From: a bacterium
Lineage (GTDB): Bacteria; Bacillota; Clostridia; Oscillospirales; Acutalibacteraceae
Assembly: GCA_963661495.1 (NCBI GenBank)
Contig: CAVLCA010000012.1
Span: 4,450-68,449, forward strand
Length of the DNA stretch: 64,000 bases
Reading direction: 5' to 3'
The position numbers were made by a program, and so were the translations under genes. The notes beneath the pieces are model-generated. The model was given only the letters and a program-made list of their open reading frames with translations, had not been told where the DNA came from and did not search any database. Positions 35,152 to 43,068 of this stretch are shown one piece after another (the first letter of the stretch is position 1; every line of letters begins with the position of its first letter).

Positions 35152-37371
35152 TTACTTTTCGGTTTTTGTGTACTGCTTGAGGTGCTTTTGAAGAACATAA
35201 TAACCCGGTTTTAATCTTTCGTGATAAGTTGGAGTGTTCCACGAATCGTAATTATATTTACCGTCAATTTTTATTTGACCCGAAGTGTCTTTTGATGAAC
35301 CCAAGCCAAACGAAAATTCTTCATATGCAGTCGGAGAAATGCTTTGTGTTTTGTAAAAATCGTTTATCTGCTGTTTTGAAGACGGGTCCATAACATTGAG
35401 AAGTTGCCACGGAAGTCTGATTTCTATTTTGCCGTTTTTGTAGCAAAAATCGGTAAGTGATGTATAATCGTCCGAATCCGGATTTGCATTGCCGTACTGC
35501 AATTTACCCGTTTCGTAAACAAGGTCTTTAACCTCTTGATTTGTATGCGGAACAGTAAGATGATAACCGTAGCACATACGCATTTCATTAAATACGCCGC
35601 TGTTTTTGACATTTGAATTTTTGTCAATAGCCATATCGGCAAGTGTGCCGGAGCGTATAAAATAATAGTAAAACGCATCATAATAGCGGTCAACATATAT
35701 ATGCGAATTTTTTGCACCGTTAATCATTACAAGAAAATCTGCGCCCTTGTCAAATTTCAAATTATATTTGCTTGCCGTTGTGTTGCCTTGAGAAGCAATA
35801 GTATCAATCGGGATATAAATTGTGTCGGTGTTAAAATCGTACTTTGAAGTGTCGGTATCAACCATAAGATAAAGATAGCGTTCATCCGATTTTACATACA
35901 GTTTTCCGTAATCTGTTGTGCAAACGGGCTCCTGACCTTTCCATTCGGACACATCGCCGTCAACATAACAAACGGACTGCGTATCTCCCGGGTCAAACGC
36001 AAGCAAGCCAAAGCATTGCTCTGTTGTTTGAATATTTGACCAAAACGGTCGTCTGTCGGCAACATCGAACATAACATTGTTCCAGGTTCTCTTAAACCAT
36101 TCGTCCTGCCAAGTAAAGACAATACCGCCGGCATATTTTTGCTCGTAAATCTTATCAAACAAAGAGGAAAGAATTTGTCCCTGCTTAGTTTCGTCAATTC
36201 GTCCCTGGTCGTAATTCATAACGCTTTTATGCCCCAAACCTCTTGAAGTAGGCACGCCGAATTCCGCAACCATAATCGGCATTGTGTGAGCAAGTTTTAA
36301 GTCGGCAAGATAAGCACTGTATGTGTCAACATTGCCTTCATCGTCATAATTATTCAAATAATCCGTTTGATAATTAAGACTGTCCGGATAATACGGATAA
36401 ATGTGATACGAAGCAAACATTCCCGGTTTAAAGTTATCTCTCGATTTTACATTTTCAACATTAACCGTAACCTTGTCCTCGTCATAATGAGGCTCGTTCG
36501 GGTGAGTGAGCGGGTCGGTTGTAATCCAGTTTGAAAAAGCAAGCGTCGATTGAAATTTGTAATCCTCCGCCTCTTTTTTTATTACAGCGTCGCCAACCTC
36601 ACAGAGAAATGCCTCAAACGGAGTTGCCGCCTGTGTATAAAGATATTCGCCGTCATAAGTTGCTTTGTCGGCGTGCTGTTCATTTGTATTGAGTACCAAA
36701 TTCGGGTCCCACTCAATACCTAAAATCCAACCGCCGAACCAGTGTGAAACATCCGCCGTGTATGTACCGGAAGCCTCACCTGCCGTTTCGGGCAAAGTAA
36801 TGTTGCCGTGAATAACATCAACAAGGTTAAGTGCATCTTCTTTAAAGCCTTCAAGGATTTTACCGTTTTCGGCATAAACATCCGAAAGGCGTGAAATATC
36901 CTCTTCGTTTACCCATACGCCCTGGAAAAGATAAAGCGGATTTTCGGCAGTTTTGTTGTATGTTGCAAGTGCCGTGTAAAACTGCGGTCGCATCGTGGTA
37001 TAAACACGGATACAGTTGCAGTTCATCTCGCCTATATATTTAAACCATCTAAGATAGGTTTCGTACGAAATTGTAAGTTCTCCCGGGAAAATACCCGGCT
37101 CGCCGGCACCGATATTAACACCTGCCCAGAAAACCTCGTTCCACTCGCCGTTTTCGTATATTTGAAAATAATCGCCCTCCGTCTTTACCCGATAGGAAAC
37201 ACCCGTTTCATCGTCGGTAAAGACTTCTTTTTTATTGGAAGCTTCACTGTCTTTACTGTCTGAAAACGGACTTGAAATACCGTGAATACCGAAAGGCTGA
37301 AGAACTCCCGTTTGTGCAAGAACGAGAAAAACCATTAATGTTGCAACAATGGGAATAACATATTTTTTCAT
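35152..37371 (-). CDS. Secreted or anchored 739-aa protein of the EPS-synthase operon; possible TIM-barrel glycoside hydrolase/transglycosylase-like domain
   Basis: N-terminal hydrophobic anchor. NCIRVYTTMRPQFY, HPNEPH and MVAEFGVPT motifs. The C-terminal module is shared with 39910..43068. Start overlaps the GT2 stop (TAATG). Confidence 0.85.
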   Translation of the reverse strand: MKKYVIPIVATLMVFLVLAQTGVLQPFGIHGISSPFSDSKDSEASNKKEVFTDDETGVSYRVKTEGDYFQIYENGEWNEVFWAGVNIGAGEPGIFPGELTISYETYLRWFKYIGEMNCNCIRVYTTMRPQFYTALATYNKTAENPLYLFQGVWVNEEDISRLSDVYAENGKILEGFKEDALNLVDVIHGNITLPETAGEASGTYTADVSHWFGGWILGIEWDPNLVLNTNEQHADKATYDGEYLYTQAATPFEAFLCEVGDAVIKKEAEDYKFQSTLAFSNWITTDPLTHPNEPHYDEDKVTVNVENVKSRDNFKPGMFASYHIYPYYPDSLNYQTDYLNNYDDEGNVDTYSAYLADLKLAHTMPIMVAEFGVPTSRGLGHKSVMNYDQGRIDETKQGQILSSLFDKIYEQKYAGGIVFTWQDEWFKRTWNNVMFDVADRRPFWSNIQTTEQCFGLLAFDPGDTQSVCYVDGDVSEWKGQEPVCTTDYGKLYVKSDERYLYLMVDTDTSKYDFNTDTIYIPIDTIASQGNTTASKYNLKFDKGADFLVMINGAKNSHIYVDRYYDAFYYYFIRSGTLADMAIDKNSNVKNSGVFNEMRMCYGYHLTVPHTNQEVKDLVYETGKLQYGNANPDSDDYTSLTDFCYKNGKIEIRLPWQLLNVMDPSSKQQINDFYKTQSISPTAYEEFSFGLGSSKDTSGQIKIDGKYNYDSWNTPTYHERLKPGYYVLQKHLKQYTKTEK

Positions 37372-38783
37372 TATTCGTCAAATTCCTTTCGTTCGATTTT
37401 GCCCCAAGTTTGGCGGAGTTTACGGTATTTGAGTATGCCCTCAACTCGGAAAAGCGTGATAAGCTGACGGTAGCCGAAATTTTCAAGTATGGCATAAACC
37501 GAAATTTGAATGTACTGCTTTGCCGTCATTGCCGATTTTTTGGTATACTGCTCCAAAATAAGACTGCCGATAGACAACATAATACCGAGAAGCGTTGCAA
37601 GCAAAAAGTATATTACAAAAAAGAATATATTAAGCTCGCCCATAAGCAGTGAAAACGGAATAAGAAAATATCCGATAACCTCAATACACGCACCGAGGAG
37701 TTCAAAAATCCAGTTGTACGGCACGGCAAGCAAGCCGACTGCACCGTAACGCGGATTTAAAAACAGTTTTTTATGAGAAAGAAGCGTATCAAGAAGACCG
37801 ATTTGCCATCTTCTGCGTTGACCTCTGATATCTTTAAGTTGCATAGGTCCCTGCGTCCAGCACACGGAATCTTCACAAAAAATAATCTTATACTTACGCC
37901 TGTTTTTACGCATATATTCGTGGAGACGAACAACGATTTCCATATCCTCACCGATGGTGTTTGTTTTATATCCGCCGACTTCAATAACCGCCTGCTTTTG
38001 GAACACGCCGAATGCACCCGACACGATGAGCATTGAATTTGAAAGACCCCAACTTACCCTGCCCGATAAAAACGAACGGTAATATTCCACAATTTGGAAA
38101 CGCTCAATGAGCTTTTTCGGCATAGAAAAACTTTCAAACACACCGTCACGGATAATCGAGCCGTTTGCGATACGCACGATACCTCCGGCAACGATTGTAT
38201 TCTTATTCTTGTTAAACTCAATTGCAAGTTTCAAAAGAGCATCTTTTTCAAGACGGGAGTCCGCGTCAAGGCAGGCAAAAAGCGGATATGACGAAGCGTT
38301 TATACCGGCATTGAGTGCGTCCGATTTACCGCCGTTCGCCTTGTCGATATAAATCAACTGCGGATATTTTACATTGTAGTAAACGCCCCTTACCTCTTTT
38401 GTCGGAATGGAAATCTTTTGAGAAGTTTCGATTTGATAAAGGTCAAACGCCTTGATGATTTTGTCGTGCGTGCGGTCGGTTGAACCGTCGTTTACAACAA
38501 CAATCTCAAAATTTGGATAATCCATTTTCATAAGCGACTTGATGTTTTGTACAACATTTTCTTCCTCATTGTATGCGGGAATAAGCAAAGAAATCGGCAG
38601 AAGATTATCCGAATACATATACCGCTCGTAATCGTTTGAACGCATTTCTTTTGAATCTCTGCGTACCTTAATCAAAGACAATACCATTTGTGCAATATAT
38701 ATCAAGCTGAGGAGCAGAGTGAACGCCATACAAAAGTAGTTGAAGAACTTAATTACAGCTCTTATATAGGTCATAATATCCAT
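37371..38783 (-). CDS. Processive membrane-embedded family-2 glycosyltransferase (PgaC/IcaA/BcsA-type polysaccharide synthase)
   Basis: N-terminal span; LLIPAYNEEENV...VVVNDGSTDRT; DADS; GEDMEIV; QRRRWQIG (Q-x-x-R-W). Several C-terminal spans. Confidence 0.9.
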   Translation of the reverse strand: MDIMTYIRAVIKFFNYFCMAFTLLLSLIYIAQMVLSLIKVRRDSKEMRSNDYERYMYSDNLLPISLLIPAYNEEENVVQNIKSLMKMDYPNFEIVVVNDGSTDRTHDKIIKAFDLYQIETSQKISIPTKEVRGVYYNVKYPQLIYIDKANGGKSDALNAGINASSYPLFACLDADSRLEKDALLKLAIEFNKNKNTIVAGGIVRIANGSIIRDGVFESFSMPKKLIERFQIVEYYRSFLSGRVSWGLSNSMLIVSGAFGVFQKQAVIEVGGYKTNTIGEDMEIVVRLHEYMRKNRRKYKIIFCEDSVCWTQGPMQLKDIRGQRRRWQIGLLDTLLSHKKLFLNPRYGAVGLLAVPYNWIFELLGACIEVIGYFLIPFSLLMGELNIFFFVIYFLLATLLGIMLSIGSLILEQYTKKSAMTAKQYIQISVYAILENFGYRQLITLFRVEGILKYRKLRQTWGKIERKEFDE

Positions 38784-38788
38784 AGCGT

Positions 38789-39868
38789 CTACCCCCTCAT
38801 ATCAATTTCTCTGTAAAGTGAATTCTTAACCGCATCGGCGGCATATCGGTCGTAGCCTTTCATAATCTCGTCTATATCCTTGATTTTAACCGACATATTA
38901 AGAAGTGCCGAAGCCGCAACCTGACGAACCCACCACTCTTTGTCTTTCGTGGCGATTTTAACGGCGTCAACGGATTCTCTCGTTTGAAAAGCGGCAAGCC
39001 CTTTAATAGCGGCAATACGCACAACCCAATTTTTATCCTTTGCCGCAACGATAAGCGCGTGCTCGTATTCAAGGTTTTTAAGTCCCGAAAGTGCCTTGAC
39101 GCAAGCAATTTTCATATCCTCGTTTGTACTTGTAACGCCTGCATAATAAATATCGGCAAAATCACTCAAACCGTATGAAGCAACCGCCGTAATAATAGTT
39201 GCTTTCATACTCTCGTTGCAATTTTTAAGAACAAGTGCAACCAACTCGGTTAAATCCCCGCCGTAACACGCAATAATTTCATATACCACTCGGGTTGATA
39301 ATTTTTTATCGTCTTCAAGGCTGACAATGTACTTTGCCACACGCTCGCAATCACCGAATACAGACAACGCCATAGCCGCATTGTACGCGATTGTGCGGTT
39401 TTTGTCGGTTACAAGTTTGCCTATATCGTTGACATAATCAACCGCACTAAAATCGGCAAGACGGCGGCACGCATAACATTTATCGTGCCAACTTCCGTCC
39501 TTGAGAAGTTTTGCGTAAATTTCAATCGGCTTTAGCGTATTGTCAATGTCAACAAAAATATTCTCTCTTGATTTTGTGAAATCATCGGCTTGATTTTTCC
39601 ATTTATTCACTTCTTCATACACGGTGTCAAGAATTTCACAGTCACCGTTCACAAGGTCGCTCAGCGATTTAAGCTCACTTTCTCTTGAACGGTGGGTCGG
39701 GCTGAACATAATTCCCTCCACTATCTTTTTTGCCTTTTTTCGTGCCGCAGAATATTTATTTGTATGTTTTTCCTGCTTAACTGCAAGAATGTAGAGCCAC
39801 AAATATTCAATCGCAAGCAGAAATAAGCAAATGATAATACCTATTACCGCTAAAAGTTCGTATGTCAA
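38789..39868 (-). CDS. Membrane-anchored HEAT-repeat protein
   Basis: N-terminal span, then repeats of the type DKNWVVRIAAIKGLA / DKEWWVRQVAASALL. Confidence 0.8.
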   Translation of the reverse strand: MTYELLAVIGIIICLFLLAIEYLWLYILAVKQEKHTNKYSAARKKAKKIVEGIMFSPTHRSRESELKSLSDLVNGDCEILDTVYEEVNKWKNQADDFTKSRENIFVDIDNTLKPIEIYAKLLKDGSWHDKCYACRRLADFSAVDYVNDIGKLVTDKNRTIAYNAAMALSVFGDCERVAKYIVSLEDDKKLSTRVVYEIIACYGGDLTELVALVLKNCNESMKATIITAVASYGLSDFADIYYAGVTSTNEDMKIACVKALSGLKNLEYEHALIVAAKDKNWVVRIAAIKGLAAFQTRESVDAVKIATKDKEWWVRQVAASALLNMSVKIKDIDEIMKGYDRYAADAVKNSLYREIDMRG

Positions 39869-39909
39869 AATCTCACCGCCTTTCGGATATATCTTTCAAA
39901 TATCTAATG

Positions 39910-42900
39910 TTATTTTATAGTTTTAAAGTATTTTTTCAGAGTGCCGAATCCGTCTTTTTCACGGTACTCAAAATCCACAGTTTCCCAACTGTTCCACTTG
40001 AAAGTTTTGTAGCCCGGATCCTGTTTTGATTCAGGGAACATATAAAGAAGGTCCTTTGTGCTCTTATCGGCAATCATAAGCGAAATCAAAAAGCCGTTTG
40101 TCTGCGTTGTTTTTGCCTGTGAGCCGAGTTTACCCGGATTGTTGATAACAATCTTTTGCGTCGGGTCGGTCACATTAAGAAGTGCCCACGGAATACGGAT
40201 ATATGTTGTTGTACCCGTTGAGTAATATTGATTGTCGCCCGAACGGAAACCGCCGTATTTGAGAGTTGCAACAAGACTGTACTTACCTGTATAGCTTTCC
40301 TTTGAAGAATAGTTGCCCTCACTTTTGTCATACGATTTTACAACATAAAGCTTCGCATTTTGTTTGCTTGAAAAATGTATAACAAATTCCATACCCGAAA
40401 GAGCGGTAGGCGTATACTTTGAAGCGTAGTAATATTCACCGTCGTTACGCTGATAAGTGTCAATGCCGACGAAGAAATCTTCTTTTGAATAATCTACCTC
40501 TTCAAGCATTCTTACATTAATATAAAGATAGCTTTCATTTGCCGAAACGGACATACCCTGCATTCTGTCATCATCGGTGTATTCCAAATCCGTGTTTTCC
40601 GGCGTTTTGGAATCAAGCGACACGATACCGGTCGTTTGAGCACTGTCGGCAACATTATGCCACAAATAATTATTAAGAAGCGGCACTGTAAACGGATACA
40701 TTTTACTCGAAACGGCAGACCAATTGTCGTTGAGGTCGGATATAACCGCACCCATAGTGTTTGCACCCGATACGGCATTAAGTCCGGCAATGAGTTTGCT
40801 TGCCTGTTCTGCCTCGCTGTTACCTCCGATGTTTGACGAAATGCTTATTGAGCTTACAAGAAGCGGAGCCTTAACGGCTGTCAAAAGGTCGCTGAGGTAT
40901 TTAGAAAATCCGTCGCCGTATGTGTTGCCGTAGCGTTTTGCGTTTTGAGCAAACACACCCTTGTCAAGCTCGCCGTTTACGGAGAGGAAGAAATACGGCT
41001 TTGACTTTTCGTTTGCCGAAATAACGGTTGACATATCGTATTTTGTGTCACCCTTTGCAAGCGAATAGTCGGCAACCGAATTTGAGTCAATCTGTACGCC
41101 GACAGGGATTTTGTAGCCGTAAGATTTGACATTTTTACTTTCGGCAATATCGCAAAGTTTTGCGGCAAACGCCTCAACAGGAGCATTTGCACTGAAATAC
41201 TTGCCGGTATAGGTGAATCCGTTTGAGCTGTTTTTAATCGCCTTGGCGTTGGCGGAAGTCAAATTTGCGTCAATCAAAACTCCGAGTACATAAGGTGAAA
41301 CATCGTTAAAATAGGAAGTGGCGTTAAGATTGGTTGTAGCCTTTGTCGAGCCGTCGCCGTGGAGTGCTTTGATAACTGTTTCAATCGCTTTTTTCCACTG
41401 CTTTTGACCGTCCTCGGTTAAATATTTATCCGCAGAAAGTCCCTCGGGAGCGGTTACCGTTTGAATTATGTAAATCTTATTATCGCTGTTATCAACATTA
41501 TTTTGATAAATCGCACGGTAAAACTCAGCCGGCATAAGACCTTTTGCTCTTACGCAATTTGCACCTATTTCATTCATTTCCTCAACAAGATTCTGATAGT
41601 AAGTGTAGTCGCGGGTGTACTTTGTTTCGCCCGGCTTGTTTGCGTTTATACTAAAGGCTTTCAGGTTAAATTCTTTGAATTTTTTGCCGTCGAGAACCTC
41701 AAATTTGCCGTTGTTTACTCGGGCAACTTCGGTAGAGTTTTTGCTTTCCTGTGCTCCTTTTTTGTGACGGTCGCCGTTTTCGGCTTTACAGTCCTTGAGG
41801 ATTTTCGTCATAAGCGGATTGTAAAACTTCCAATAAAAGCACGAAATGTCGCCCAAATTATCATAAGACAAAAACTTGAAAAACTTGTCTGCACCCAAGA
41901 ATTTATTGATATTCTTTTTGCTGACATAATCGTTAAAGTCACCGGCAAAATAGTATGCCGCCGGCTTATTTTTTACTTTTTTTCGGGTAATGGCAACAAA
42001 TCTCGGTGTGTTTGAAATTTCTGCCATTTTCTCCATACCTGTTGCATTTACATCAAATTCGAATGTGGCAAATGCCTCGGCGTCTGCATTAGCTTCAATC
42101 AATTCAAACCAATTATAAAAGTTGGTTTTTTTACAGCCCTTAAATTCCTTTTTATAATCCTCGTTCAAATAGATTTTGAGTAGGTTTTTGGAATCGAAGT
42201 CTGTTTTTTGCTCCAAGACAATGATTTTACCCTCTTTTGACACAAGCAATATTCCCGATCCGGTAAACTGCCACTCAACGCCCGACTGCTGTTCATAAAG
42301 TTCAGGTGCCCAATCGGGAACATCGGTGAAGTCCTGCAAATCATAAATATATCTGCCGACCCATCCTGTTTCGCTTATGCCGAAAAGCGACTGAAGCTGT
42401 GCGGTAACAGAAGCGGTCATATTTGAGTTAAAAAGTTCCATTTCACCGATAACTGTTGCATTATTTTCGTAAGCATAAGACACAACGGACATATCGTCGG
42501 CGTTGAAGCCCGAACCTTTGGCGTCGTCATCGTTAAAATATCCGTAAGTGTCGTTTGTCGCACCGTAAACATCGGAAATATACATCAAATCAGGCACATA
42601 ATCAAGCGTGGTAAGCTCTTTCATTTCGGTAGTCGTTCCGTCCTCTTTGAGGTGCTGACCGAAATAATCGTTTGTGTAATCGTATGCACTACCGTCCTGA
42701 AAAACGATTTTCTTTTGATTCAAAAGCCAAAAAAGTCCCTCGTGCTTTCTGTAAGCAAGCTCGTTATCAACATCGTTATCTTCTTCGGCAACAAGCACCG
42801 TTTTATCAAGCACGCAAACATTAAGGTAGGTTTTTGCCTTAATCTGCCAGCCGACAAAAGCAATAATTATTATCAAAAGCAAAATCATCGGAACTATAAA

Positions 42901-43068
42901 GTACCACTTGAAAAACCATTTTTGTTTTATCTTTTTAGTTTCCTGTTTTGTTTGCTCCGCACGGTCTTTTTCGGGATCAAATGTGTTTTCGTCCACCTGC
43001 GGTGCAACATAAGTGTTTGGATTTGAGGCTTCGTTAAGTTCTGCCCCGTTAAGCTTTTCTTCACTCAT
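39910..43068 (-). CDS. 1052-aa single-span ectoprotein of the EPS-synthase operon
   Basis: About 50-aa cytoplasmic N-terminus and span FKWYFIVPMILLLIIIIAFVGW. ANCVRAKGLMPAEFY segment. C-terminal module IRIPWALLNVTDP shared with 35152..37371. Confidence 0.85.
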   Translation of the reverse strand: MSEEKLNGAELNEASNPNTYVAPQVDENTFDPEKDRAEQTKQETKKIKQKWFFKWYFIVPMILLLIIIIAFVGWQIKAKTYLNVCVLDKTVLVAEEDNDVDNELAYRKHEGLFWLLNQKKIVFQDGSAYDYTNDYFGQHLKEDGTTTEMKELTTLDYVPDLMYISDVYGATNDTYGYFNDDDAKGSGFNADDMSVVSYAYENNATVIGEMELFNSNMTASVTAQLQSLFGISETGWVGRYIYDLQDFTDVPDWAPELYEQQSGVEWQFTGSGILLVSKEGKIIVLEQKTDFDSKNLLKIYLNEDYKKEFKGCKKTNFYNWFELIEANADAEAFATFEFDVNATGMEKMAEISNTPRFVAITRKKVKNKPAAYYFAGDFNDYVSKKNINKFLGADKFFKFLSYDNLGDISCFYWKFYNPLMTKILKDCKAENGDRHKKGAQESKNSTEVARVNNGKFEVLDGKKFKEFNLKAFSINANKPGETKYTRDYTYYQNLVEEMNEIGANCVRAKGLMPAEFYRAIYQNNVDNSDNKIYIIQTVTAPEGLSADKYLTEDGQKQWKKAIETVIKALHGDGSTKATTNLNATSYFNDVSPYVLGVLIDANLTSANAKAIKNSSNGFTYTGKYFSANAPVEAFAAKLCDIAESKNVKSYGYKIPVGVQIDSNSVADYSLAKGDTKYDMSTVISANEKSKPYFFLSVNGELDKGVFAQNAKRYGNTYGDGFSKYLSDLLTAVKAPLLVSSISISSNIGGNSEAEQASKLIAGLNAVSGANTMGAVISDLNDNWSAVSSKMYPFTVPLLNNYLWHNVADSAQTTGIVSLDSKTPENTDLEYTDDDRMQGMSVSANESYLYINVRMLEEVDYSKEDFFVGIDTYQRNDGEYYYASKYTPTALSGMEFVIHFSSKQNAKLYVVKSYDKSEGNYSSKESYTGKYSLVATLKYGGFRSGDNQYYSTGTTTYIRIPWALLNVTDPTQKIVINNPGKLGSQAKTTQTNGFLISLMIADKSTKDLLYMFPESKQDPGYKTFKWNSWETVDFEYREKDGFGTLKKYFKTIK

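Noticed and set aside
37371-38783. PilZ domain at the C-terminus of the GT2 synthase.
   Set aside because: I looked for RxxxR followed by D/NxSxxG after the last span. The tail (…FRVEGILKYRKLRQTWGKIERKEFDE) is too short and lacks the motif.
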